A DNA stretch of 64,000 nt from Chloroflexota bacterium (GTDB lineage Bacteria > Chloroflexota > UBA11872), in NCBI GenBank assembly GCA_034423235.1, contig DAOUIX010000141.1, positions 2,158 to 66,157 of the forward strand, written 5' to 3'. Under the pieces are notes generated by a model. That model saw only the letters and a list, made by a program, of their open reading frames with translations, ran no database searches and was not told the origin of the DNA. A program made the translations under genes and the position numbers. Below are positions 37,768 through 46,802 of the stretch, piece after piece (positions within the stretch are counted from its first letter, which is position 1; each line of letters begins with the position of its first letter).

Positions 37768-38328
37768 CTAGCGGGTCGGCTCCCACTCCTCCCGCAGGAC
37801 GGCGTAGATCACACCTGCTTCGCGAGAATCGCTCCCTTTCCGCCCGGGCGCGTGGCGAAGCGTGCCTTCGTAGGACATTCCCAGCTTTTCCATGACGCGG
37901 ATGGAGGCCTGGTTCCCGGCGTTCGCGCCCGCCTGCACACGCGCCAATTCGGGCAACGACCCGAACGCCGCCTCGATCACGGCCCGCGCCGCCTCCGTCA
38001 TATAGCCGCGCCCCCAAAGACGCCGAGCCACCGCATAACCCATCTCGGCGTTTCGCTGCTGATGGTTGATTCGCAGGTTGATTCCGCCAGACGCGCGCCC
38101 GGCAATCTCGATCGTCCAGACCGGGTGGGTTGACCAGTCCTGCAAGACCCACCGCGCCACTGCCTCTTCGGCATGGCGTCGCTCGTACGGTTTGGGAACC
38201 GGCAGAAACCGCGACCACTCCGGATCGGCGGCATAGGCCAGCACGTCGTCCGCATCCGCCAGCGTCCACCGGCGCAGGACCAGCCGCTCCGGCTCGATTC
38301 GTTCCGGCAACAGCGGCACGCCGCTCAT
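37768..38328 (-). CDS. GNAT-family N-acetyltransferase (RimJ/RimL-like)
   Basis: 186 aa. RLVLRRWTLADADDV...IEIAGRASGGINL...RRLWGRGYMTEAARAVIEAAF matches the GNAT A/B motifs. Confidence 0.8.
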   Translation of the reverse strand: MSGVPLLPERIEPERLVLRRWTLADADDVLAYAADPEWSRFLPVPKPYERRHAEEAVARWVLQDWSTHPVWTIEIAGRASGGINLRINHQQRNAEMGYAVARRLWGRGYMTEAARAVIEAAFGSLPELARVQAGANAGNQASIRVMEKLGMSYEGTLRHAPGRKGSDSREAGVIYAVLREEWEPTR

Positions 38329-38933
38329 GGGTCAAGCACCCGCGGCGTCCAGTCGGTCCGGAGCATGCCGTAGACCGCCAGGTCGATCAGTTCGCCCTGG
38401 CGCACAAAGGCGCGGCGCATCACGGCCTCGCGTTGCATCCCGACTTTTTCGAGCACGCGCACCGACGCGACGTTGGGCGGATCGACGCGACCCCAGACCC
38501 GCCCGAGTTGCGTGTCCAGAAACACGCGGTCCACCACCGCGCGGACAGCCTCCGTCGCCAGCCCCTGACCGCGAAGGTCAGGTCGCATGGCGTAGCTCAA
38601 TTCGGCCTGCGCGTGCTCGGGCTCGATGTTCAGCCCGACCCAGCCGACCACCCGACCGTCAATTTCAATGGCCCACGTCGGCTCGGTTCGCCAGTGCGCC
38701 AGGAATCGCCGGGCAACCCAGCGCTCCGCGTCACGCCGCTGGTATGGCTGCCGCGCGTCCGGCAGCAGCCGCATCCAGATGTCCTCGCAAGCGAAACTGA
38801 AGACGTCGTCCGCGTCCTCCAGCCGCACCCGGCGCAGCGTCAGGCGGCGCGTCCGAATGGCCGCCGGCAGTTTGGGAATCTGGCCCTCGTCAGCAGTACC
38901 CAAGTCGCTGTCCCGGTCTTCGCAATCGCGCAC
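38325..38933 (-). CDS. GNAT-family N-acetyltransferase (tandem paralog)
   Basis: RLTLRRVRLEDADDV...IEIDGRVVGWVGL...RGQGLATEAVRAVVDRVF. 4-nt overlap with the downstream paralog. The true start is probably downstream of 38933. Confidence 0.75.
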   Translation of the reverse strand: MRDCEDRDSDLGTADEGQIPKLPAAIRTRRLTLRRVRLEDADDVFSFACEDIWMRLLPDARQPYQRRDAERWVARRFLAHWRTEPTWAIEIDGRVVGWVGLNIEPEHAQAELSYAMRPDLRGQGLATEAVRAVVDRVFLDTQLGRVWGRVDPPNVASVRVLEKVGMQREAVMRRAFVRQGELIDLAVYGMLRTDWTPRVLDP

Positions 38934-38988
38934 CCACGCGGCAGTCTGACCGATAAGCGCCGAATCGGCCCGCTGCTAGCATCGCGTT

Positions 38989-39522
38989 GTGCTCCGCAGA
39001 ATTCTTGAACTCCCCGATCCCGACCTCCGCGAAGTCGCGGAGCCGATACCCAAAGTGACGCCCCGCGTCGAGGCGCTGGTTGACGACATGTTCGCCACCA
39101 TGCACGAAAACCTGGGGATCGGCCTCGCGGCGCCCCAGGTCGGAGAACTGTTGCGGCTGGTGGTCATCGAACTGCCGCCCAACGAAAAGGACCCGCAGGC
39201 CGGCATGCCGTTGGTGCTGATCAATCCCGAGCTGCGCCGGCTGGGAGAACGAGAGGCCATGAGCGAAGGCTGTCTTTCTCTCCCCGGTTTCCGCGCCATG
39301 GTCGAACGGGCGCGCACGGCCACAGTCACCTACACCGGCATGGACGGCCGGCTGGCCATGCTGGACGCCCAGGGTCTCCTGGCCCAGGCCATTCAGCACG
39401 AGATCGACCATCTGAACGGCGTGCTCTTCATCGATCACCTGGAATCCCTGGCTGAACTCGAACAGATCCCGCCGGACGGTCTCGACTGGGTTCCGGCCGA
39501 GGAGGACGACGAGGAGACGTAG
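38989..39522 (+). CDS. def: Peptide deformylase
   Basis: GIGLAAPQVG, EGCLSLPG and QHEIDHLNG motifs. Confidence 0.9.
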   Translation: MLRRILELPDPDLREVAEPIPKVTPRVEALVDDMFATMHENLGIGLAAPQVGELLRLVVIELPPNEKDPQAGMPLVLINPELRRLGEREAMSEGCLSLPGFRAMVERARTATVTYTGMDGRLAMLDAQGLLAQAIQHEIDHLNGVLFIDHLESLAELEQIPPDGLDWVPAEEDDEET

Positions 39523-39535
39523 CCCGTGCCTCGTC

Positions 39536-40072
39536 CTAGCGCGAGACTTCGCGGATGAGGTGCCGAAGTTCAGGCACCAGGAGATCTCCCAGCGCCAATT
39601 CCACCGCCGCGGTCGAACCCGGCGAGCACACCACCAGCGCCCGTCGGTACTTGCCGGCTACTGCCCGCGACAGGATTGATGCCGCACCGATCTGGTCCCA
39701 ACTAGCCCGCCGGAACCACTCCCCGTAACCGTCCAGCACCTTCTCCAGCATGGGCGTTACCGTGTCCACGGTGATGTCCCGGTCCCCCAGGCCGGTGCCG
39801 CCTGTACAGAACACGAACCGGCTCCCGGCCTCAATGGCGGCGTCGACCGCGGCGCGAATGTCGTCGGCCTCGTTTCGGATCAGGGCCTCGTGAATCACCT
39901 GGTGTCCGCCCGTCTCGATCAGAGCGGTCGCCGTCCGTCCTGATCGGTCAGTCCGCTCTGTCCGGCTGTCGCTGATCACAATCACCGCGCACGCGACTGC
40001 GCCAATCCCCTCGGCCTCGTGCCGGTGTTCACGAGTGGACGCGGATGCGTCGTGCGAATGGTCGTGACTCAC
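39536..40072 (-). CDS. moaB: Molybdenum cofactor biosynthesis protein MoaB/MogA family
   Basis: IVISDSRTE...FVFCTGGTGLGDRDIT...PGS matches the MogA/MoaB fold motifs. Confidence 0.8.
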   Translation of the reverse strand: MSHDHSHDASASTREHRHEAEGIGAVACAVIVISDSRTERTDRSGRTATALIETGGHQVIHEALIRNEADDIRAAVDAAIEAGSRFVFCTGGTGLGDRDITVDTVTPMLEKVLDGYGEWFRRASWDQIGAASILSRAVAGKYRRALVVCSPGSTAAVELALGDLLVPELRHLIREVSR

Positions 40073-40147
40073 GCGCAGTCTCCTAGGTCACAGGTGCGGA
40101 TTCGGAATCATACCCAGCGCGAACCCAGCCGCTGGTAGGCTCACAAC

Positions 40148-40447
40148 ATGGCCAGAGTGAAGCCCTCGGCCGCCACGTCGCCGCCCGAGGCCCCCGACCT
40201 TATTGCCGTGCGCGTCTTGTGCTTCGCCTCGCTGGCGGACCTGATGGGCGAACGGCGGCGCACCGTCAACCTGCCGTCTGGCGCCACCATCGCTGACGCC
40301 TTGAACGAACTGGCGAACGATGTGCCTGAGATCACCTGCCGTGCGCCGCACGTCTCGTTCGCCCTCAACGAAGCGTTTGTGCCCGCGGACACGCCTCTGT
40401 CGGACGGCGACGAACTGGCGCTCATCCCTCCGGTCTCCGGCGGATGA
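40148..40447 (+). CDS. moaD: Molybdopterin synthase sulfur-carrier subunit MoaD
   Basis: Ends ...ELALIPPVSGG and overlaps moaE by 4 nt. The functional start is probably the internal TTG/GTG (IAVRVLCFASL...), giving about 80 aa. Confidence 0.75.
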   Translation: MARVKPSAATSPPEAPDLIAVRVLCFASLADLMGERRRTVNLPSGATIADALNELANDVPEITCRAPHVSFALNEAFVPADTPLSDGDELALIPPVSGG

Positions 40448-40875
40448 TCGTCGAACTCACGTCGGACCCCATCGACGTTCCGCGGCTGATCGACCACGTC
40501 AACCAGCCGTCCAATGGCGGCATCTGCACATTTCTCGGCGTCGTGCGCGACAACGCCGACGGCCGGCCGGTCGTCAAGCTCGGCTACGAGGCCTACGAGT
40601 CGATGGCCGTCGCGCAGATGCGTACGATCGTCGAGGAGGCCATGCGGCGCTGGGACCTGGACGCCGTGGCGCTCTCACACCGTACCGGCGAACTGCGGAT
40701 CGGCGAGGCCAGCGTCGCCATCGCCGTCGGCGCACCCCATCGCGCCGAGGCCTTCGAGGCCTGCCGCTTCATCATCGACACGCTCAAGACCCGTGTCCCG
40801 ATCTGGAAGAAGGAGTTCTTCCAGGACGGTGCCGTTTGGGTCGAACCCGTGTCCTCCCAATCGTCGGCGGGCTGA
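40444..40875 (+). CDS. moaE: Molybdopterin synthase catalytic subunit MoaE
   Basis: GGICTFLGVVRD...SVAIAVGAPHRAEAFEACRFIID.LK...PIWKKE, MoaE signature. Confidence 0.85.
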   Translation: MIVELTSDPIDVPRLIDHVNQPSNGGICTFLGVVRDNADGRPVVKLGYEAYESMAVAQMRTIVEEAMRRWDLDAVALSHRTGELRIGEASVAIAVGAPHRAEAFEACRFIIDTLKTRVPIWKKEFFQDGAVWVEPVSSQSSAG

Positions 40876-40963
40876 TTCGGACCTCGCCTGGGAGGCCCAC
40901 TCAGTCGCGCGCCCACCACTCCACGCGCAAGTACGTCGCGTCAGGCCGGTCGGTTGGGCAGGC

Positions 40964-41188
40964 TCATCCGAATCGCTCCCGACCCTCCCGCACCGTCGCA
41001 ACGATCTCCTCGGTCGACACGCCCAGGTCAACGCCCTCAACGTCCAGGGGCGATGTCCGTGGAGTATCGGGCTGGACCACGAACGCTTGTCCACTTCGTC
41101 TACGAATCATGACAGCGCCATCCTGCTGGGCGACGTCCAGCAACGACGCGAGGTTCTGCCTGGCCTCCGAATAGGTGTAGACCTTCAC
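40964..41188 (-). CDS. Phd/YefM-family type II antitoxin
   Basis: VKVYTYSEARQNLASLLDVAQQDGAVMIRRRSGQAFVVQPD... carries the YSEARQNL YefM signature. GTG start overlaps the VapC stop (GTGA). Confidence 0.7.
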   Translation of the reverse strand: MKVYTYSEARQNLASLLDVAQQDGAVMIRRRSGQAFVVQPDTPRTSPLDVEGVDLGVSTEEIVATVREGRERFG

Positions 41189-41589
41189 GTGCCGACCTCC
41201 AGGACTTCCACTCCAGCGAGGGGCGCAGATATGGCTAGGCGCTTGTCCAATGTGAGCACGGGGCAGCGCATGAGCTGAGCACACGCGAGAACGTAGGCGT
41301 CGTAGGCGTACAGGCCAAGGCGCTGCGACAACCGGAGCGCCTGGCACAAATCCACGTCAATGAACCGGAACAACATTTGTTGGTAGCGCTCGACGGCTAG
41401 TTCGGCCTGCGCCAATGTAATCCGCCTGCGGCGAAGCATCGCGGAAAAGGCATTGCCTACTTCCCAGTGCATAGACGCTGGCGCCAATAGGCTGGCGCCG
41501 ATGGTGTGTTCAACGATTGCGGCGCGTTCCGACTCGTTGGCAATCACGGCGATGACCGCGGAAGTGTCGACAACCACTTTCATGGGCAA
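41185..41589 (-). CDS. vapC: PIN-domain ribonuclease toxin VapC
   Basis: 134 aa with PIN acidic residues: VVDTSAVIA (D), HWEVGNA (E), AYDAYVLA (D), LTLDKRL (D). Confidence 0.8.
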   Translation of the reverse strand: MPMKVVVDTSAVIAVIANESERAAIVEHTIGASLLAPASMHWEVGNAFSAMLRRRRITLAQAELAVERYQQMLFRFIDVDLCQALRLSQRLGLYAYDAYVLACAQLMRCPVLTLDKRLAISAPLAGVEVLEVGT

Positions 41590-41675
41590 TTGTACAAGTA
41601 ATCAGTCTGGTCGTCGCCCGCATTGTCGCCCCTCGAATCCATACTTCGTCGTGGTGGCCGAGCCCTGCCTTCGTG

Positions 41676-43484
41676 TCAGCCCACGTCCTGAGGCGGCTCA
41701 TACCCCAATCGCGCCGCTTCCTCGTAAGCGGCCTGCGCTTCTTCCGCGCGGCCAAGTTCATCCAGAATCTGCCCGCGGGTGTAATGCGCGATCCCCAGTT
41801 CGGGATTAGCCGCCACCGCGGCTTCGATGTCCTCCAGCGCCAGGTCCAGGTCGCCCATCAACATCCGTGCGTCGGCCAGGTTGTTCAGGGTTACCGCGTC
41901 AGCCCCCCGTAACTCCAGCGACCGTTCGTAGTCGGCAATCGCCTCCTGGTAGCGCTCGGCCTGGTGGTGCAGCAGAGCGCGCGCCGCGTAGGCGGACGCG
42001 TCGCTCGGGTCGATCTCGATGGCAGCCGCCAGGTCCTCCAGCGCTCCAGGCTCGTCGCCGAGGGACATGCGGATGCTGGCCCGCAACTCGTAGGCCAGGG
42101 GCAGTCCTGGCTCGTCCTCGATCAGCGCGCTCACCACGGCCAGCGCGTCGTCCAGCCGCTCGGCGAACCGCAGCACATCGGCGTAGAGCAGCCGGACTCC
42201 TACCCGCTCAGGCGCTGCCGCCACCGCGCGTTCCAGGTCCGCCAGCGCCGGCTCGACGTTCTGAAGATCGAGATGCAAGCGCGCCCGCTCGGCCAGGTAG
42301 TCGGGATTGTCGCCGGCAATGTCCAGCGCGCGCGTCAGCGCCTCGATGGCGCCCTCCACGTCACCCTGCGCGCTGAGCGATTGCGCCTGCCCGGCATGCG
42401 CCAAGGGATTGAGAGGATCGATACGAGCGGCCGCGCCATAGTCCTCGGCTGCGCCCATTGCGTCGCCCAGCGCAAGTCGTATGTCGCCGCGCGTGAATAG
42501 GGCAGGGAGAAACTCAGGAGCTATCTCCACCGCATACGTCGCCTCGGCCAGCGCTCGGTCTAATTCGCCGATCCCCTGCAAGGTCAGCGCCAGAACCAAT
42601 GCGGGCCGCGGATCGTCGGGCGAAGCGGCCTTCGCCAGCTCCAGGTCGTTGATGGCGGCATCGATTTCCTCCATCGCCAGGTACAGGCGGGCACGCTCGA
42701 TCAGATAGGCGGCGTTATTGGTGGAAATGTCGATAGCACGCGAAAGGGCGTCAACGGCGCCGGGAAGATCGCCTTGCGCCGCAAGAGCCCGTCCGTGCCC
42801 GAGGTGCGCCGAGGAGTTAAGCGGTTCGATTCGTATGGCCGACGTGTAGTCCTCGGCGGCGGCGGCAGCATTTCCCAACGCCAGGTGAATGTCGGCGCGC
42901 GTGATGAGCGCGGGCAGAAACTCGGGCGCCACTTCGACGGCCCGCGTCGCCTCGGCCAGCGCTCCTTCCAGGTCGCCGGCGAACTGATCCGCCAGCGCCA
43001 TCCCCATCAGGGGACGCGGGTCGTCCGGTACAGCCTCGGCCGCAGACTCGAATAACTTCCGAGCCTCCTCCAGGTCACCGCCCTGCAGAAGCTCCAGCGC
43101 GCGCTCGAGGTCGGCCTGAATTGATACCGGCGTTGCGGCCGCACCCGGAGAACTGGGCGGCGGTGCAAAGTCTGGCGGCGCCGTAATCACCGGGCTGGCA
43201 GTTGGGGGCGCCGTGACGCGGCCGATGGGCCCGCCGGCCCGCAGGTTTATCGTCGGCAGCCGCGGCGGCGCGTCCGCCGCCGGCGACTGATTTGCCGTTG
43301 GCGCAGCGGACGGCGTTATTGGCTCTGCCGCTGGCGATGGGGTGTCCGGCGTCTCCGTGACGAGAGGCGGATCGGTGGGCGACTCGCCGCAAGCCATCGC
43401 CGCGGCTGCCAGAAGCGCTCCCCCGAGCAGCAAGCCGGTGGCTTCCCGGCAGCGCCGTGTGCGGGCAGCTAGAAGGCCGGTCAC
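41676..43484 (-). CDS. TPR-repeat lipoprotein
   Basis: GTG start overlaps the upstream gene's stop. Lipobox AAAMACGE, a Pro/Ala/Thr-rich linker, then about 12 TPR-like units (repeated A..A...Y..A..IDP.N..A... pattern). Confidence 0.7.
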   Translation of the reverse strand: MTGLLAARTRRCREATGLLLGGALLAAAAMACGESPTDPPLVTETPDTPSPAAEPITPSAAPTANQSPAADAPPRLPTINLRAGGPIGRVTAPPTASPVITAPPDFAPPPSSPGAAATPVSIQADLERALELLQGGDLEEARKLFESAAEAVPDDPRPLMGMALADQFAGDLEGALAEATRAVEVAPEFLPALITRADIHLALGNAAAAAEDYTSAIRIEPLNSSAHLGHGRALAAQGDLPGAVDALSRAIDISTNNAAYLIERARLYLAMEEIDAAINDLELAKAASPDDPRPALVLALTLQGIGELDRALAEATYAVEIAPEFLPALFTRGDIRLALGDAMGAAEDYGAAARIDPLNPLAHAGQAQSLSAQGDVEGAIEALTRALDIAGDNPDYLAERARLHLDLQNVEPALADLERAVAAAPERVGVRLLYADVLRFAERLDDALAVVSALIEDEPGLPLAYELRASIRMSLGDEPGALEDLAAAIEIDPSDASAYAARALLHHQAERYQEAIADYERSLELRGADAVTLNNLADARMLMGDLDLALEDIEAAVAANPELGIAHYTRGQILDELGRAEEAQAAYEEAARLGYEPPQDVG

Positions 43485-45331
43485 GAAGGCGCCGGAAAGC
43501 CCATCGCGAACGCGAATTCGTCCTGAAAGTCCGGGACCGCCGACAGTTCCACATAGGAGACCCGCGCCGGCAAGTCCATGGCCCGCACACGCGCGGTAAG
43601 CGAAAGCAGGCACATCCGCGCCCCGTGCCCCGCGGCGTTCCCCACCGCGCGAATGGCTTCGGGGCCGACGTCCGGCACCAGGCCGATCGCGATGGCTCCC
43701 GCGGGATCGATGTAGCTGCCGAAAGCGCCGGCCAGGATCACTTCATCAAGGTCCTCGGCGGCCAGGCCGGCATGTGTCAACAGCACGTTCACCCCGCAAC
43801 GGATGCTCCCCTTGGCCAGTTGCAACTGCCGGATGTCCTGCGCGTGCAGCTTGATGGCCGAATCAGGATCGTCGGCCGATCCGTACAGCACGATCGCGCC
43901 GCCCGTCTGGTCCGGGATGATCCGGTCGGCATGGGCTGGGACGGCTTGCTCGGCCTCTTCCTGCCAGAGCAAGCGCCCACTCGGTGTCACAAGTCCGGTT
44001 CGTACTAACTCGGCCACGGCGTCGACCAACCCCGACCCGCAGATCCCGACGGGCTCGGCGTTGTCGATCATGTCGACCTCTATCGCGTCACCCTCAATGC
44101 GCACGCGCTCGATCGCGCCGGGCGCCGCCCGCATGCCTTGCGAGATCTCAGCGCCCTCAAACGCCGGTCCCGCGGGCGCCGCCGTGGCGAACAGCTCACG
44201 GCCCTTCTGCAGCACGATCTCGCCGTTCGTGCCCACGTCGATCGCCAGCACGTTGCCGCGGCGCCGTCCCAGGTTCGCGCTCAGCATCATTCCCACGATG
44301 TCGCCACCCACGTAGCTCGCCACGTTGGGCGAGATCCACACGGCTGCCGACGGCAACACGTCCAGTCCCACCTCGGCCGCGGTGGCGGTGATGGGATCGA
44401 CCATTGTGGGCACGAACGGCGAATACGAAATGCGCGACGGGTCCGCCCCAATCAACAGGTGTTCCATCACGGTGTTGCCAACGAACGTGAGTTCGTAGAC
44501 CTCGTGTCGCGCCACGCCACTGGCCTCAAGGCACCGCCCGATGATGTCGTTGACCGTCGACCGGACCGCCTGCGTCAGCCGCTCCACCCACTCGGCTCCT
44601 CGCATCGTCACACTCATGCGGCTGATCACGTCGCCGCCGTAGATGTGCTGCCCGTTCAGGCCGGAGGCCACGGCCACCTCTTCGCCCGTCACCAGGTTCA
44701 TCAGCGCCCCGACCACGGTTGTGGTGCCGATGTCGAACGCCAGGCCGAATCCGCGTGCGGTCGTATCGCCCGGCTCAACCGAGATGATCCGGTTCCCGGC
44801 AATCACCACCGTGATCCCGTGGCCGATGTCTTCGCCAATCGCCGCCAGTCGCCGCAGCGCTTCCAGCGATGGATCCAGGTCGCCCGCCACTGCCGCCAGT
44901 TCGTCTTGGATGCGCGACCAGTCGGCGCTCTGATCGTGCAGCGTCGGCTCGGTTGGCTTGACATAAATCTTCTGCACGTCCGGGTCCAGCCGAATTCGTC
45001 CCAACCCGGAACTCTCCACCACCCGCACGGCCCGCACGCCAACCGGGTGCGTATAGACCGCGCTCTCTTCCAGCGGGTGCTGACACGCCAGCCGCCAGCC
45101 GTGCGCCAACTGCTGGTCCGATAGGCGGCGACGGTCGTGCGCGTTCGGCAGCGGCGGTTCGGTCTCGCGAATCAGGACCCGGCAGGTCCCGCACGATCCT
45201 TTGCCGGAGCAGACCGTTTCAACCGGAATGTCGTTGGCCTGCGCGGCATCCAGGATCGTGACGCCCTCGGACGCGGTGATCTCGCGGTCCTCAGGCAGAA
45301 AGCGCGAACGGATAATCGGGTCAACGTTGAT
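43481..45331 (-). CDS. RACo-like protein: N-terminal plant-type [2Fe-2S] ferredoxin domain fused to an ASKHA-fold ATPase (DUF4445)
   Basis: [35 protein letters not shown] ferredoxin domain, a Cys/His-rich linker, then a large ASKHA/DUF4445-type domain ([12 protein letters not shown]...). Start is a probable TTG. Confidence 0.7.
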   Translation of the reverse strand: MNVDPIIRSRFLPEDREITASEGVTILDAAQANDIPVETVCSGKGSCGTCRVLIRETEPPLPNAHDRRRLSDQQLAHGWRLACQHPLEESAVYTHPVGVRAVRVVESSGLGRIRLDPDVQKIYVKPTEPTLHDQSADWSRIQDELAAVAGDLDPSLEALRRLAAIGEDIGHGITVVIAGNRIISVEPGDTTARGFGLAFDIGTTTVVGALMNLVTGEEVAVASGLNGQHIYGGDVISRMSVTMRGAEWVERLTQAVRSTVNDIIGRCLEASGVARHEVYELTFVGNTVMEHLLIGADPSRISYSPFVPTMVDPITATAAEVGLDVLPSAAVWISPNVASYVGGDIVGMMLSANLGRRRGNVLAIDVGTNGEIVLQKGRELFATAAPAGPAFEGAEISQGMRAAPGAIERVRIEGDAIEVDMIDNAEPVGICGSGLVDAVAELVRTGLVTPSGRLLWQEEAEQAVPAHADRIIPDQTGGAIVLYGSADDPDSAIKLHAQDIRQLQLAKGSIRCGVNVLLTHAGLAAEDLDEVILAGAFGSYIDPAGAIAIGLVPDVGPEAIRAVGNAAGHGARMCLLSLTARVRAMDLPARVSYVELSAVPDFQDEFAFAMGFPAPS

Positions 45332-45459
45332 CAAGGAATCCCGCCGGGGCGACGCGAGCGAATGTTGGGCCTGATCTTCGCACGCCCACGGCCCGTGCCG
45401 ATGCCAGCGGCATGCTTGGGTACAATGAGCGGTCCACACAATGGACCCAGGAGAAGCAC

Positions 45460-46089
45460 GCCATGGCGGACGCCCGCGATCAGGGCGGTGAACACCGGCA
45501 CGACTTCGGTCTCGATCAGATTCCGCTGGGCCACCAGCCGTGGGGACGCGCTGACGTGGAGCTTGGCGAGGACACCATTCCGCTCGTCCAGGCCACCAAC
45601 GTCGTTGGTGGCCTCGACATCATCACCACGACCGTGGACAAGCTCTTTACCTGGTGCCAGGCCAATTCCCTGTGGGCCATGGGCTTCGGTCTCGCTTGCT
45701 GCGCCATCGAGATGATGGCCAGCGCCGCGCCCCACTACGACCTGGACCGGTTCGGCACCGTCTTTCGGGCCTCGCCGCGCCAATCGGACGTCATGGTCGT
45801 CTCGGGTACCGTCACCAACAAGATGGCGCCGGTCGTCAAGCGGCTGTATGACCAGATGCCCGACCCCAAGTGGGTCATCGCCATGGGCGCCTGCGCCACC
45901 TGCGGCGGACCCTTCCGCAGCTACAGCACCCTGCAGGGCGTCGACCGTGTGGTTCCGGTCGACATCTACATCGCCGGTTGCCCGCCCCGCCCCGAGGCCC
46001 TGATCGACGGCATCATGGCCCTCCAGCGGAAGATCAATAGCGACGGCATCATGGGAACCGGCCGTAAGACGGAGCCCGTTCAGGCCTGA
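45460..46089 (+). CDS. nuoB: NuoB-like (complex I 20-kDa / NiFe-hydrogenase small-subunit-like) protein, orphan
   Basis: [22 protein letters not shown] and GCPPRPE, the four Cys ligands of the N2 [4Fe-4S] cluster. No other nuo genes within 15 kb on either side. Confidence 0.8.
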   Translation, partial: AMADARDQGGEHRHDFGLDQIPLGHQPWGRADVELGEDTIPLVQATNVVGGLDIITTTVDKLFTWCQANSLWAMGFGLACCAIEMMASAAPHYDLDRFGTVFRASPRQSDVMVVSGTVTNKMAPVVKRLYDQMPDPKWVIAMGACATCGGPFRSYSTLQGVDRVVPVDIYIAGCPPRPEALIDGIMALQRKINSDGIMGTGRKTEPVQA

Positions 46090-46097
46090 CACCTCCC

Positions 46098-46802
46098 GTG
46101 AGCGAGGCCGAGGCCCCGCAACCTCAGCGCCTGCGCGTCGAGCTTCACTCGCATACGCACGCGTCTCCGGACTCCCGCCTCTCGGCGGAGACCATCACGC
46201 GCGTCAACCGTGAGCGTGGCATTGATGTCGTGGCTGTTACGGACCACAACACCATGGCCGGCGCCTTCGAGATGGCCGAACGCCTCCCCTTTCCCGTCAT
46301 CCTCGGCGAGGAAATCAAGAGCACCGAAGGTGACATCATCGGCCTGTTTCTGTCCGAAGAGATCCCTCGCGACATGTCGCCTGCAGAAACCGTAGCCGCC
46401 ATACGTGAACAAAATGGCCTGGTGCTGGCCCCCCATCCGTTCGACGGTCTCCGCCGCTCGGCCCTTGGCCGCGAGGCGGTCGACTCCATCGTCGACGACA
46501 TCGACATCCTCGAAGTCTTTAACGGGCGGACTCTCCGTCGTCGGGACAACGACGCCGCCGACCGTTACGCCGACGAACATGGCCTGATTAAGTCCGTCGG
46601 TTCCGACTCCCATCTGGCCGCCGAAATCGGCCACTGCTGCCAGTCCATGCGGCTCTGGGGCGATCCCCAGGACTTCCTGGCATCCCTGCGTGAAGCCGAG
46701 TTGCACGCGACCCTCGCTCCTGCCTGGGTCCACCTGGGAAGTTCGCTGCATGCCTACGCAGCCAAGGTTGAGCGACGCCTTCGACGCCTGACGCGCGCTT
46801 GA
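46098..46802 (+). CDS. PHP-domain metal-dependent phosphoesterase
   Basis: VELHSHTHASPDS, AVTDHNT and HPFD are the PHP His/Asp metal-ligand motifs. Confidence 0.75.
   Translation: MSEAEAPQPQRLRVELHSHTHASPDSRLSAETITRVNRERGIDVVAVTDHNTMAGAFEMAERLPFPVILGEEIKSTEGDIIGLFLSEEIPRDMSPAETVAAIREQNGLVLAPHPFDGLRRSALGREAVDSIVDDIDILEVFNGRTLRRRDNDAADRYADEHGLIKSVGSDSHLAAEIGHCCQSMRLWGDPQDFLASLREAELHATLAPAWVHLGSSLHAYAAKVERRLRRLTRA

Noticed and set aside
41185-41589. Alternative reading of the PIN protein as a non-toxin housekeeping nuclease (Fcf1/NOB1-like)
   Set aside because: Small size (134 aa), four conserved acidic residues in VapC spacing, and tight GTGA coupling to a YefM-signature protein favour a TA module.
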